Assembly: GCA_963764165.1 (NCBI GenBank)
Contig: CAVXRD010000001.1
Location: forward strand, 576,001-640,000
Length of the DNA stretch: 64,000 nucleotides
Origin: an uncultured Verrucomicrobiae bacterium
Lineage (GTDB): Bacteria > Verrucomicrobiota > Verrucomicrobiia > Limisphaerales > Palsa-1400
Reading direction: 5' to 3'
The notes beneath the pieces are model-generated. The model ran no database searches and was not told where the DNA came from. It saw only the letters and a list, made by a program, of their open reading frames with translations. Shown here in pieces: positions 19,147 through 29,043 of this stretch; the first letter of the stretch is position 1, and each line of letters opens with the position of its first letter. The position numbers and the translations under genes were made by a program.

Positions 19147-19515
19147 CTAAGTCGTTTTCGCCGTCTTCTTCTCCTGGTGCTGCTGAAGCTTCTTGAGCTT
19201 GTCCAGGTTCGTCTGTTCCTCTGTGGTAAGTGAACCTGTGGACTGCTTTTGTTCCAGAGCGGTGATCTTTGCATCGACCGCCGCTTTGACCTTTGCCTTC
19301 TTATCTTCGGGAGACAGCCCCTTCAAGTCCGCCTGCGTCAACCCCACGAAAGCCAGCAATTTGCGGCGCTCCTCGGCCCTTTTGGCGGGATCGGCATTTT
19401 TCTTCACCGGTCGATCTGCGCTGGGCACGGAATTCGTTGGTTCGTAAGCGAAGAGCGAAGTCGAAGAAATTGCCATGAACCCGGCAGCCACTGTAAGCAT
19501 GAGTAACTTTTTCAT
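19147..19515 (-). CDS. Secreted Lys-rich helical hypothetical protein
   Basis: Signal peptide MKKLLMLTVAAGF; LTxxx/LSPE helical repeats. Confidence 0.7.
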   Translation of the reverse strand: MKKLLMLTVAAGFMAISSTSLFAYEPTNSVPSADRPVKKNADPAKRAEERRKLLAFVGLTQADLKGLSPEDKKAKVKAAVDAKITALEQKQSTGSLTTEEQTNLDKLKKLQQHQEKKTAKTT

Positions 19516-19736
19516 TGTATTATTGCAGACGTTCACGCCATGGCGGAGGTTACAAGCCACAATCACAAGCGAAACCCGGTGGAGTGAAGCTCTCCAATGA
19601 ATCTGTGCAATGAGCGCACCCGGAAGTTTAAATAGTTCATCAGCGCTTCTCACTTATCGTTTGGCCGGGGCCTCCTGCCGAGCCGCGCGCCCGCTATTGA
19701 TTTGCTCCATTTGGCGTGAGCGATTAAAGTCCACCA

Positions 19737-20849
19737 ATGCAATTGACCGCAAAATTTCAGCCGCCCACGCGCCTCCTTTTGGGGCCGGGGCCGAGCAATG
19801 CCGCGCCCTCCGTTCTCCAAGCCATGTCGCTGCCCCTGGTGGGGCATCTTGATCCGGTTTTTGTGCAATTGATGGAGGAAATCAAGCGGATGCTGCGCAC
19901 CGTGTTTCAAACTTCCAACGACATGACATTTCCCGTCAGCGGCACCGGCAGCGCGGGGATGGAATTTTGCTTTGCCAATCTCATCGAGCCGGGCGACGAG
20001 GTGGTCATCGGCGTCAACGGAGTTTTTGGCGGACGGATGGTGGATGTGGCGGAGCGCTGCGGGGCGCGCGTCACGAAAGTCGAGGCGCCGTGGGGAAATA
20101 TAATTGACCCGGCGGCGGTCGCGGATGCTCTCAATAAAGTGCGTCCTAAATTGGTGGCCGTTGTTCACGCGGAAACCTCGACAGGCGCATTGACTCCGGT
20201 GGAAGAAATTTCAAAATTGGCGCACGACGCCGGCGCGCTTTTTGTGCTCGATGCCGTGACATCCCTTGCCGGGCATCCCGTTCTTATTGACAAGTGGGGA
20301 GTCGACGCCGTTTACAGCGGCACGCAAAAATGCCTGAGCTGCCCGCCGGGCTTAAGCCCCGTTTCGTTCGGCGCGCGCGCGATGGCGGCCGCAACGCAGC
20401 GCAAGCGCAAAGTGCAAAGCTGGTATCTTGACGTGAACATGCTCGCGTCCTACTGGGGCCAGGATCGCGTTTACCATCACACCGCGCCGATCTCGATGAA
20501 TTACGCGCTGCACGAAGCGCTGCGGCTTATTCTCGAGGAAGGTTTGGAAAACCGCTGGCATCGCCATGAGCAAACGCACCTCGCGTTGAAACACGGCTTG
20601 GCCGAAATGGGATTGGAATTCTCCGCGCAAGCCGGCCATCAATTGTGGTCGCTCAACGCGGTCCGTGTTCCCGAAGGCGTCGATGAAGCCGCCATTCGCA
20701 AAGCCTTGCTGAACGATTTCAATATCGAAATTGGCGCGGGGCTTGGACCATTGAAGGGTAAAATCTGGCGCATCGGATTGATGGGCGAGAATTCGCGTGT
20801 CGAAAACGTGGAGAAAGTGCTCTCTGCTCTAAAGACTTTGCTGCACTGA
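19737..20849 (+). CDS. Alanine-glyoxylate / serine-pyruvate aminotransferase family (class V PLP)
   Basis: LLLGPGPS, SGTGSAGME, HAETSTG, SGTQKCL (PLP lysine), YHHTAP. Confidence 0.93.
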   Translation: MQLTAKFQPPTRLLLGPGPSNAAPSVLQAMSLPLVGHLDPVFVQLMEEIKRMLRTVFQTSNDMTFPVSGTGSAGMEFCFANLIEPGDEVVIGVNGVFGGRMVDVAERCGARVTKVEAPWGNIIDPAAVADALNKVRPKLVAVVHAETSTGALTPVEEISKLAHDAGALFVLDAVTSLAGHPVLIDKWGVDAVYSGTQKCLSCPPGLSPVSFGARAMAAATQRKRKVQSWYLDVNMLASYWGQDRVYHHTAPISMNYALHEALRLILEEGLENRWHRHEQTHLALKHGLAEMGLEFSAQAGHQLWSLNAVRVPEGVDEAAIRKALLNDFNIEIGAGLGPLKGKIWRIGLMGENSRVENVEKVLSALKTLLH

Positions 20850-21512
20850 CGCGCCGCGGCTCTGCAATTCCCGCAACCCCTCCTCCGCCTCGGCGCGCGG
20901 GAGGTTTCCGGCTTCCAAGACGGAATCGCGCTGGCCGAGAACGCGTTCGTAAAACGATTCACCCAGCTCCAGGCTGGCCGGATGGTTGGCTGTTTCGTCA
21001 AGTATAAGAAAAAGCTGGTCTTCCGCTTTGTCCCATTGGCCGGTGCTTTCATAATGGCGCATGAGCAGCGCCCGCGTCCGGATTGGCAGCGGCTCGCCCG
21101 CCAGTGACAAGGTCAATTCCTCAGCGCGTGGAACGTAGGCAGGATGCCCGTCCGGCCCTTCATCCGCGGAGACATTCAGCAAAAGCTGCAGCGCTTTGAG
21201 CCGGATTCCGCGCGCGTCACCCGCGCGATTTTCCGCCGCGGCGATTTCTCCCGCTTCGCTCAGCAATGCGATGACCATGAACACGCGGTCATGGACGGCT
21301 TGGGTCGGCTGGTCTTGCATGAGGCGCGCGAGCAACTCTGTTTCGGAAAGGGCGGCAATGCCCTTGGGGCCGAGCGCCGCCAGTTTTTGAAATTCCTCGT
21401 CCAGCGCGGATTGGGCGTCCTGCCAGCGGCCATCCTTGCGGAATTGGCGAATGCGCATGAGTGCCTGCATGCACTCCTCAATCATTCTGATCACGTAATC
21501 GCGGCGAAACAT
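20829..21512 (-). CDS. DUF6483-like helical repeat protein
   Basis: MFRRDYVIRMIEE, YESTGQWDKAED, GNLPRAEAEEG. Confidence 0.7.
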   Translation of the reverse strand: MFRRDYVIRMIEECMQALMRIRQFRKDGRWQDAQSALDEEFQKLAALGPKGIAALSETELLARLMQDQPTQAVHDRVFMVIALLSEAGEIAAAENRAGDARGIRLKALQLLLNVSADEGPDGHPAYVPRAEELTLSLAGEPLPIRTRALLMRHYESTGQWDKAEDQLFLILDETANHPASLELGESFYERVLGQRDSVLEAGNLPRAEAEEGLRELQSRGASVQQSL

Positions 21513-21574
21513 CTGTTGTCTATTCTACAATATTGGAAGCTGCGTCGCCACCGGGAAAGGTAGGGACGCCTCGC

Positions 21575-21716
21575 GGAGTCTGTCTCAAAACTCAAAAACG
21601 GCTTTAAAAAGCACCACCAAAACACCCTCACCGAAAATAAAAATGCGCCATATCGAAAATGAGAGATTGGTAGTATTGACACACTTTGAGGATTTTGTAG
21701 TTTTGAGACAATCTCC
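21575..21716. mobile_element. 142 bp MITE with IS1182-type ends, inserted in a REP
   Basis: Ends GGAGTCTGTCTCAAAA / TTTTGAGACAATCTCC, no ORF, flanked by GC/GC, splits a REP. Confidence 0.85.
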
Positions 21717-21790
21717 GCCGAGGCGTCCGGGGTGAGGCGTTCTCCATGCGCATGCCGCGGCATTCATCCCGCGCAACCGGACGCCTCGGC

Positions 21791-23475
21791 GGAGACTGTC
21801 TCAAAACGTTTTAGTCTGGCCGATCTGGTTATATGGGCACCAATAGGGGCTGTGGAAACGGGTGTCAACTTTTAGTTGTCAGAGCGTGGCTGGCGTCAGC
21901 GATGACGCCAAGCTTCCCTTTCCCTCCTTTTTTAGGCCGCCATCGCCAAATTTCCTTCAACCGCGGCGGTTTTGACTTCCATTTTCGGCGTCTGGACCCG
22001 GGCCTGCCACTTTTTATAGAGGATTCGCAGGTTCAAGGTGGCGCATAACAAGGCCCATTGGGCTTGCACGGCTTCCAGACCCCAAACTGTCCAACGCCGA
22101 AAGCCGTCGTGTTGCTTGAGCTGCCCAAACCGGCGTTCGATGATCTCTTTGCGCTTTCCATAAAGCGCGGCGGGTCCTGGCTCTTGCAGCCGGGCCCGCA
22201 TGGCTTGCACCAGCGTGGTGTGCGGCCACACTTCGACTTGCCGCCCTTTGGGATCGCGGCTGCAGAGGGCGCGCACGGGACAGTCTCGGTGATGGCAGCG
22301 GAAGCGCTCAACGGTCTGGCCTTTCTTGGTGGTCTGGCCTTCGTGGTCCAGAAGGCGCTCTTGCGGGCAGGTGACGGTGTGGGCCGCCTCGTCATAATGA
22401 AAATGCTGCGTCGCGTAGGCGTTGTCGTGGGCTGGCTTGCCCTCCGCCGGCGGGGCCAGCACATTCATCTGCTGTTCCACGGCCGCTTTCAAGTCGGCCC
22501 CGCCCCCATAGCCGGCGTCGGCGGCGGTGAGGGTTGGAATGGCCGCCGGACCGAGGTTTTGCCTCGCTTCTTCAATCATGGGGACCAGCTGGCCGGCGTC
22601 GGTTTCCTGGCGGGTGGCTTGACAGGCGACCATGATGCCCTCCTGGCTGTCGGCCACCGCCTGGGCGTTGTAGGCAAAGCGGTTGGTGTCGCCGACTTTC
22701 ATCCGGCGCGCCTCCGGTTCGGCTGGATGGTAATGGTGGCGCCCGTCGGCCTGCAGCTGGGCCAGGCCTTTTTTGATTTCCTCGCGCAGGGCCTGGCGCT
22801 GGGCCAACCCGGCGGGCAGCCGGCAGCCCGGTGCGCTGGAATCCTGGTTCTCCGCCACGACTTTGAGCTCGATTTCCTCCAAGGCGCCATCCAGCTGGGC
22901 CAGGAGCTTCTCCATGTAAACCTTGCTCCAGCCCTGCGGCCCGCTGCAGGCGGCTTGAATCTTGGTGCCGTCCAACGCTTGCAAGGCAAATCCCACCGCC
23001 CCGGTGCGGAGGGCCAGCTGCACGGTTTGCTTGAAAACCTGGCGCAGGGCCTTTTTGTTTCCGTCCCAGAACCGCCAGAGGCTGTTGTGGTCGGGGGCGT
23101 TGAGCCCCGTCAGCCACAGCAGCGAGACATGCTCCGTGCAGGCGGTTTCCAGCTTGCGGGTGGAGCGAATGCGGTGGAAATAACCGTAAAGCCAAATCTT
23201 GAGCAGGAGGCTGGGGGCATAGGGCGGACGGCCTTCGGCGGCGGCGGGAATGACAAACCCAAGCTGGGGCAGATCCAACTGGTCGACAAATTCGCGCAGG
23301 AAGCGGGCGGGATGGTCGGCGGACACCCAGTCCTCCAGGGCGGGCGGGAGGAGGAACTGCTGTCCGTAATCAGGGGCAATCGGTTGAGCCATATTTGTTG
23401 AACGGCATTGTCAACTAAAGGCTCACATATTGTCAAATACATTCCTCAAAAAACAGAAGTTTTGAGACAATCTCC
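21791..23475 (-). mobile_element. IS1182-family insertion sequence inserted in a REP
   Basis: Terminal inverted repeats GGAGACTGTCTCAAAA / TTTTGAGACAATCTCC, GC/GC flanks, single transposase ORF. Confidence 0.92.
21932..23392 (-). CDS. IS1182-family DDE transposase
   Basis: GRPPYAPSLLLKIWLYGY, STRKLE, ALDGTKI, YNAQ, ADAGY, C-terminal Cys cluster, RKEIIERRFGQLK. Confidence 0.93.
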   Translation of the reverse strand: MAQPIAPDYGQQFLLPPALEDWVSADHPARFLREFVDQLDLPQLGFVIPAAAEGRPPYAPSLLLKIWLYGYFHRIRSTRKLETACTEHVSLLWLTGLNAPDHNSLWRFWDGNKKALRQVFKQTVQLALRTGAVGFALQALDGTKIQAACSGPQGWSKVYMEKLLAQLDGALEEIELKVVAENQDSSAPGCRLPAGLAQRQALREEIKKGLAQLQADGRHHYHPAEPEARRMKVGDTNRFAYNAQAVADSQEGIMVACQATRQETDAGQLVPMIEEARQNLGPAAIPTLTAADAGYGGGADLKAAVEQQMNVLAPPAEGKPAHDNAYATQHFHYDEAAHTVTCPQERLLDHEGQTTKKGQTVERFRCHHRDCPVRALCSRDPKGRQVEVWPHTTLVQAMRARLQEPGPAALYGKRKEIIERRFGQLKQHDGFRRWTVWGLEAVQAQWALLCATLNLRILYKKWQARVQTPKMEVKTAAVEGNLAMAA

Positions 23476-23529
23476 GCGAGGCGTCCCTACCTCCTTGCCT
23501 CTTGGCGCTTTCTACGCGATAATCCCAGC

Positions 23530-24738
23530 GTGACTGCTACAGAGACCATGTCCCCTGCGGTGCCGGATGCGCAGGGCCGTTTTGGCCCTTACGGGGGACG
23601 TTTTGTGCCGGAAACCTTGATGCATCCTCTCCAGCAACTGGAGGAGGAATATTTTCGCGCCCAGCAAGACCCGGCTTTTCAGGAGGAACTCTCCTATTAC
23701 CTTCGCAATTTCGTGGGCCGCCCCACTCCGCTCTATTTCGCCGAGCGTTTGACCCGCGAACTTGGCGGCGCGAAGATTTATTTGAAGCGCGAAGATTTGA
23801 ACCACACCGGCGCGCACAAAATCAACAACGCGATGGGCCAGATTCTATTGGCGCGGCGGATGGGGAAAACGCGCATCATTGCCGAAACCGGCGCGGGCCA
23901 GCATGGTGTTGCCACGGCCACAGTGGCGGCGATGTTTGGTTTGAAGTGCGTCATTTACATGGGCGAGGTCGATTGCCGGCGGCAGGAGTTGAATGTCATC
24001 CGCATGCAGATGCTCGGCGCGGAAGTTGTTTCTGTCACCGCCGGCCAAAAGACTTTGAAGGAAGCAGTCAACGAAGCGATGCGCGATTGGGTCACGAATG
24101 TTCGCTCCACGCATTACATTTTGGGCACCGCTTACGGCGCGCATCCCTACCCGGTGATGGTTCGCAATTTTCAGCGCATCATTGGCGATGAGGCGCGGCG
24201 GCAAATCCTTGAACAGGAAGAGCGCCTGCCCAACTTGCTGATCGCCTGCGTCGGCGGCGGCTCCAATGCGATTGGGCTTTTCTACCCGTTCCTGGAGGAC
24301 GAATCCGTCCGCATGCTCGGCATCGAGGCCGGTGGGGAAGGCATTATTCCCGAGCGCCACGCCGCGCGTTTTCAAGGCGGTTCGCTGGGCGTTTTGCAGG
24401 GGACGCGTTCTTTCATCTTGCAGGACGAGCATGGCCAGATTCAGTTGACACACAGCGTTTCGGCTGGCCTCGATTACGCGGCGGTCGGACCGGAACACGC
24501 CTGGCTGCGCGACAAGGGCCGGGTCGAATACGGCTACGCGACCGATGACAAAGCGATCGAAGCGTTTAACAAATTGGCGCGATTGGAAGGAATTATCCCG
24601 GCGCTGGAATCTTCCCATGCGGTGGCCGCCGTGATCGAACGCGCGCCGAAAATGGCGAAGGATCAACTCGTCATCGTCAACCTTTCGGGGCGTGGCGATA
24701 AGGATGTCGCGCAAGTCGCGGCGCGCATGAAATTGTAA
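23530..24738 (+). CDS. trpB: Tryptophan synthase beta chain
   Basis: [42 protein letters not shown]. Confidence 0.97.
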   Translation: MTATETMSPAVPDAQGRFGPYGGRFVPETLMHPLQQLEEEYFRAQQDPAFQEELSYYLRNFVGRPTPLYFAERLTRELGGAKIYLKREDLNHTGAHKINNAMGQILLARRMGKTRIIAETGAGQHGVATATVAAMFGLKCVIYMGEVDCRRQELNVIRMQMLGAEVVSVTAGQKTLKEAVNEAMRDWVTNVRSTHYILGTAYGAHPYPVMVRNFQRIIGDEARRQILEQEERLPNLLIACVGGGSNAIGLFYPFLEDESVRMLGIEAGGEGIIPERHAARFQGGSLGVLQGTRSFILQDEHGQIQLTHSVSAGLDYAAVGPEHAWLRDKGRVEYGYATDDKAIEAFNKLARLEGIIPALESSHAVAAVIERAPKMAKDQLVIVNLSGRGDKDVAQVAARMKL

Positions 24739-24741
24739 AGC

Positions 24742-24818
24742 CGGCAGGGCGAGACTCCGTCGAGCCCTGATTAAGTCCCTAAAATCCAATCAGGGCTCGA
24801 CGGAGTCTCGCCCTGCCG
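24742..24818. repeat. REP doublet, perfect ~31 bp inverted repeat
   Basis: CGGCAGGGCGAGACTCCGTCGAGCCCTGATT ... AATCAGGGCTCGACGGAGTCTCGCCCTGCCG. Confidence 0.9.
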
Positions 24819-24830
24819 AAATATTTGCCC

Positions 24831-25676
24831 ATGAATTTTGCTGAGAAAATTCTGACTCCCGCATCGCTTGCGGCTTGGCGCGAGAATTTGCGCCGCGCTG
24901 GCAGGCAGTTGGTCGTGACAAATGGCTGCTTTGATATTCTTCACCTCGGCCATGTGACTTATCTCCAGCAAGCGCGCGACCAGGGCGACGCCTTGCTCGT
25001 CGGAGTCACTGGAGACGCGGGCGTTCGCGCGCTCAAAGGACCGGGACGCCCGTTGAACGGCGAGTATGATCGCGCCGCCGTGCTGGCCGCGCTGGAATCG
25101 GTGGACGGCGTGATGGTTTTCCACGAAGGCGATGCGCGCGTGTTCGTGCAAACCGTGCAGCCTGATATTTACGTTAAAGGCGGCGATTATACGGTCGATA
25201 CCATCAACCAAGACGAACGCCGCCTGCTTGACAAAATGGGCGTCAAAATCGTCATTCTTGGCGGCGTGCCAGGCAAATCGACCACCGCGCTCGTGCAAAG
25301 AATGCAGGTGGACACTGAGCCCGCAAATAGCTTGCCTTCCTCCAAAAGCGGGCTTTCCATTGAACCCATGCCGTCTGAAATTTTCGTGGCCAGCCGTTGG
25401 ACCAAGGGGAATCATCTATTCCCGACTCACATTGAAATTACCGACCGCGCCGTGGTCCGCCACAAGCGATCCTGGTTTTCCAAGGACGAGATGAGCGTCG
25501 GCATTCAGAAGGTCGCGTCGGTTCATATCAAGACGGGCTTTTGCTGGTCGGAGATTTTAATCGAGACGACCGGCGGGACAGACCCGATCACGAGCCACGG
25601 CCACCGGAAGTCGGACGCATTGCGGATCAAGGAGTTGATTGAGACCTACCAGCAAGGCCGCCCGGCCTCGGCCTGA
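24831..25676 (+). CDS. RfaE domain II-like heptose-1-phosphate adenylyltransferase in frame with a small PH-like domain (second start at 25368)
   Basis: TNGCFDILHLGH, KGPGRP, YVKGGDY, STT; then about 100 aa of beta-rich domain from MPSEIF. Confidence 0.85.
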   Translation: MNFAEKILTPASLAAWRENLRRAGRQLVVTNGCFDILHLGHVTYLQQARDQGDALLVGVTGDAGVRALKGPGRPLNGEYDRAAVLAALESVDGVMVFHEGDARVFVQTVQPDIYVKGGDYTVDTINQDERRLLDKMGVKIVILGGVPGKSTTALVQRMQVDTEPANSLPSSKSGLSIEPMPSEIFVASRWTKGNHLFPTHIEITDRAVVRHKRSWFSKDEMSVGIQKVASVHIKTGFCWSEILIETTGGTDPITSHGHRKSDALRIKELIETYQQGRPASA

Positions 25677-25683
25677 CGCAGAA

Positions 25684-25701
25684 CTGTCACACAATCGTTA
25701 C
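25684..25701 (+). promoter_or_regulatory. Pho-box-like direct repeat
   Basis: CTGTCAC-ACAA-TCGTTAC (11 bp period) upstream of a PhoB-like regulator. Confidence 0.5.
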
Positions 25702-25746
25702 CCCCGCGCCGTTGCCTGCCTGTGACATTCCCGGCAAGGTAGCAGC

Positions 25747-26433
25747 ATGAAAAGCAGGATACTGGTAGTGGACGATGAGCCGGATGTTCTTGATCTTGTC
25801 ACATATAATCTCGGACAGGCGGGCTTCCAGACCGACACAGCCGCCGACGGCGCCGAGGCTTTGCGCAAGGCGCGCTCCAGCGCTCCCGACTTAATCCTGC
25901 TCGACCTGATGCTTCCGGAAATGGACGGGCTTGAAGTCTGCAAATTGCTCCGCCGCGACGCCAAGACGAGCGGCATTCCCATCATCATGCTGACAGCCCG
26001 CGCCAGCGAAATCGACCGCATTGTCGGCCTGGAATTGGGCGCGGCCGATTACGTCCCGAAGCCGTTCAGCCCGCGCGAATTGATTTTGCGCGTCAAGAAA
26101 CGCCTCGAACAAAGCAGCGGCGTTCCAGCCAAAACCACGTTCACACTCGGCCCGCTGGAAGTGGATGTCTCGCGCCATCTCGTAACGGTTCGCAATCGGC
26201 GCGTTGAATTGACCGCGACCGAATTTAAGCTGCTAGTGTTGCTGCTCCAGCGCCTCGGCCATGTGCAGTCGCGCGATCAATTGCTGCGCGACGTGTGGGA
26301 ATATGAAACTCATATTGACACCCGCACGGTGGACACGCACATCCGCCGACTGCGCGAGAAACTCGGCCCCGCTTCAAGATATTTGGATACGGTCCGCGGA
26401 GTGGGTTATCGCTTTTCGCCTGAGATGAATTAG
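25747..26433 (+). CDS. OmpR/PhoB-family response regulator
   Basis: VVDDE, LLDLMLP, KPFSPREL, RTVDTHIRRLREKL, TVRGVGY. Confidence 0.95.
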   Translation: MKSRILVVDDEPDVLDLVTYNLGQAGFQTDTAADGAEALRKARSSAPDLILLDLMLPEMDGLEVCKLLRRDAKTSGIPIIMLTARASEIDRIVGLELGAADYVPKPFSPRELILRVKKRLEQSSGVPAKTTFTLGPLEVDVSRHLVTVRNRRVELTATEFKLLVLLLQRLGHVQSRDQLLRDVWEYETHIDTRTVDTHIRRLREKLGPASRYLDTVRGVGYRFSPEMN

Positions 26434-26462
26434 AGCAGCGGCTAATCGGATTTGCGAAGCGA

Positions 26463-26560
26463 GGTAGGGACGCCTCGCCGAGGCGTCCGAGGCTGTGGCA
26501 TTTTTCGAACGCGCTCGGACTTGTGAGAGTCCCCGGACGCCTCGGCGAGGCGTCCCTACC
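26463..26560. repeat. Intact REPIN (GGTAGGGACGCCTCGCCGAGGCGTCC family)
   Basis: Perfect inverted REP pair; serves as the empty-site reference for the IS/MITE insertions. Confidence 0.92.
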
Positions 26561-26572
26561 TTTACGAAAATG

Positions 26573-26603
26573 AAAAAGGCGCGTTCGTGGGAACGCGCCT
26601 TTT
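26573..26603. terminator. Bidirectional intrinsic terminator
   Basis: AAAAAGGCGCGTTC-GTGG-GAACGCGCCTTTT between convergent genes. Confidence 0.85.
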
Positions 26604-26621
26604 GCTTGTGTGTAGAAAAAT

Positions 26622-27341
26622 TTATGGCTTTATCGGGCGGAGTTTAATGTTCTTAAACGCCACCGTTCCCGGATGATCGCCCTGCAAGCCGATGTGACCA
26701 ATATCGGATTCGGCAAAACCGTTAAACCTGCTGAACTTGCTCTTGGCGACCCGGTCTTTGAAATCCGCGCTGTGCAAATCGTATTCAAGATACTTCGTGC
26801 CGTTCATGAAATGCTCGCATTTCGTCGGGCCGACAATCAAACGCACATGGTTCCATTGATCCGCAGGCTTGGTCGTATCGAGCGGCTTGCCCGTGGCTGG
26901 ATCGATCGGTGGCTGGTAGAGACCGTAGAGCCAGCCGCAGAGCGAGCCAGGGTCTTCGGGAGGATAATCATCTTCCAATTGGAATTCAGGCCCGGTCCAC
27001 CAAATCGTCCGGCCTTTGTCGCTCACGTGATACATGATGCCGCTGTTGCCGCCCTTGGAAATTTTGTAATCGAGCTGCAATTCAAACCAATCGTATTCGG
27101 CGCTGGTCTCGATGTCCTTGCCGCCTTCTTTCTTGCTCATCGCGCCGTCCTCGACCACCCAGCCGGGGCCGATGGTTTGCGCATGAAATTGATGCCAGCC
27201 GTCGAAATTGGTGCCGTTGAAAAGCAATTGCCAGCCAGCGGCTTTTTCTTCCGCGGTCAGCGTATTGTCCTGCGCGAAGGCAGGCGCCGCCAAAAGCACC
27301 AGCGACGAGAGCGAAGCCAATCCTGCTTTGAGTAAGTTCAT
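26622..27341 (-). CDS. DUF1080 (3-keto-disaccharide hydrolase-like) secreted protein
   Basis: GWQLLFNGTNFDGW, GGNSGI, GPEFQL, WNHVRL, GHIGLQGDH, FKNIK. Confidence 0.9.
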   Translation of the reverse strand: MNLLKAGLASLSSLVLLAAPAFAQDNTLTAEEKAAGWQLLFNGTNFDGWHQFHAQTIGPGWVVEDGAMSKKEGGKDIETSAEYDWFELQLDYKISKGGNSGIMYHVSDKGRTIWWTGPEFQLEDDYPPEDPGSLCGWLYGLYQPPIDPATGKPLDTTKPADQWNHVRLIVGPTKCEHFMNGTKYLEYDLHSADFKDRVAKSKFSRFNGFAESDIGHIGLQGDHPGTVAFKNIKLRPIKP

Positions 27342-27442
27342 GGCGTTTTTGATACGCCGCTCGCTGGCGGGAGTAAAGTGAAAAAACAACCGGCTTGAAT
27401 TTTCTGTCGGATTGTGGGGCGTGCGGTTGTTTAATAAGTGAG

Positions 27443-28870
27443 ATGCAAGCAAAGTCCGATGCCCAATTGTTGCAGGAGTACACGCGTTACGCGAGCGAAC
27501 CCGCCTTCAGCGAACTCGTCCAGCGCCATGCGGGCCTCGTTTATTCCGCGGCGCTGCGCCAGATTGGCTCGCCTGATCGCGCGCAGGAAATCGCGCAGTC
27601 AGTTTTCATAGACCTCGCCCGCAAGGCGCAATCGCTGGCGTCCGACCTTCGCGTTGATTCCACGCTCACCGGCTGGCTGTATCGCGCCACGCGATTCGCC
27701 GCGCTGAACATGCTGCGGAATGAGCGCCGCCAATCCGCCCTCCACTATGAGCTTATGCGCGAACTCCAACCCGGCTTCGAATCGCCCCTCGAATGGGAAA
27801 GAGTCGCGCCGCTTCTCGATGAAGCTCTCTCGACCTTGAGCGACCAAGAACGCGATGCCTTGCTTATGCGTTATTTCAAAAATCAGGATTTTCGCAGCGT
27901 CGGCGCCGCGCTGGGAGTCAGTGATGACACGGCGCAAAAGCGTGTTTCGCGGAGCCTGGAAAAATTGCGCGCCGCGCTGTTGAAACGCGGGATCACCACC
28001 ACCCCCGCCGCCCTTTCCGCCGCGCTCGCGGCCCACGCCGTGCAGGCCGTTCCCGCCGGACTTCCCGCAGCTTGGTCAGCTGCGGCGCTGGCCACCGCGC
28101 CTCTTGCCGCAAAAAGCGGCGCAACATTGAGCCTATTGAAAATTATGAGCATGACAAAAATTCAACTTGGAACCGGCGCGCTGATCGTCGCCGGCCTGGC
28201 CGCGACCGTCGGCGTCCAGTATCAATCGCAAAACCGGCTGCAGCAGGAAAATCAAGACCTGCACCAGCATATCACCAGATTGACCGCGGACTTTGAAACC
28301 CTTTCTAATCGCGTGGCCCAGGCTCCCGCCTCCGCGCCAGCAAGCGCGCCGAACGATCAGTTCCGCGAATTGTTGCGATTGCGCGGAGAAGTGGGGCGGC
28401 TGCGCGAATTGACAAACCAAATGGCCGCGGCGCGCGCGCAAAATCTGCGCGTTCAGGCGAGCATGGCAAACCAGGAGGCTGAAAACGCGAATTTTGTGGG
28501 TCATAGCGCATCGATCGTCAACGCGGCGAAACAAATCGGCGTGGCCTTTCGCATTTACTCCAATGACAACGAGCAGTTTCCGACAAATCTTGCGTCCATC
28601 CACAACGAGCTGGCAGGTGCGACTAATTTCAGCGGCAACGTCGCCTTGGACAGCTTCGAAATGGTCAATGTGGGCAAAGCCGGCGACCGCTATCCGCAAG
28701 CTGTCTGCATGCGAGAACGCGACGCGCGCCAGGCGCCCGACGGCAGTTGGGAGCGCATTTATCTTTACTGCGACGGCAGCGTCCAAGTCGTCCGACAGCC
28801 CGACGGCAATTTCGACCAATGGGAAGCCCAAACCTCCGCCAATGTGTTTCCCGATCCGCAGCAGCCATAA
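27443..28870 (+). CDS. ECF sigma factor with TM helix and C-terminal extracytoplasmic extension
   Basis: AFSELVQRHAGLVYSAALR, GWLYRATR, AQKRVSRSLEKLR; then TM, coiled coil and ELLRLRGEV. Confidence 0.9.
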   Translation: MQAKSDAQLLQEYTRYASEPAFSELVQRHAGLVYSAALRQIGSPDRAQEIAQSVFIDLARKAQSLASDLRVDSTLTGWLYRATRFAALNMLRNERRQSALHYELMRELQPGFESPLEWERVAPLLDEALSTLSDQERDALLMRYFKNQDFRSVGAALGVSDDTAQKRVSRSLEKLRAALLKRGITTTPAALSAALAAHAVQAVPAGLPAAWSAAALATAPLAAKSGATLSLLKIMSMTKIQLGTGALIVAGLAATVGVQYQSQNRLQQENQDLHQHITRLTADFETLSNRVAQAPASAPASAPNDQFRELLRLRGEVGRLRELTNQMAAARAQNLRVQASMANQEAENANFVGHSASIVNAAKQIGVAFRIYSNDNEQFPTNLASIHNELAGATNFSGNVALDSFEMVNVGKAGDRYPQAVCMRERDARQAPDGSWERIYLYCDGSVQVVRQPDGNFDQWEAQTSANVFPDPQQP

Positions 28871-29043
28871 ATTAAATTCGGGCCTTTTGGGGAAATTAGG
28901 GAAGTATTTAATCTGGAAATCAGGAAGCAAGGAAAAGAGGCTACGGAAAGAAACTCGGGGGCATTTGCCATGCGGGGGGCTGAGTTCAGATTTTTTCCTA
29001 ACGGTTTCTTTCCCGCGCGTGTGTTTTGTGATTCATTGGGAAG

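Noticed and set aside
22058..23401. 447 aa + strand ORF over the transposase, and similar long antisense ORFs over dnaB, bamA, the tricorn gene and the FAD oxidase
   Set aside because: Shadow ORFs expected in GC-rich coding DNA; no recognisable motifs
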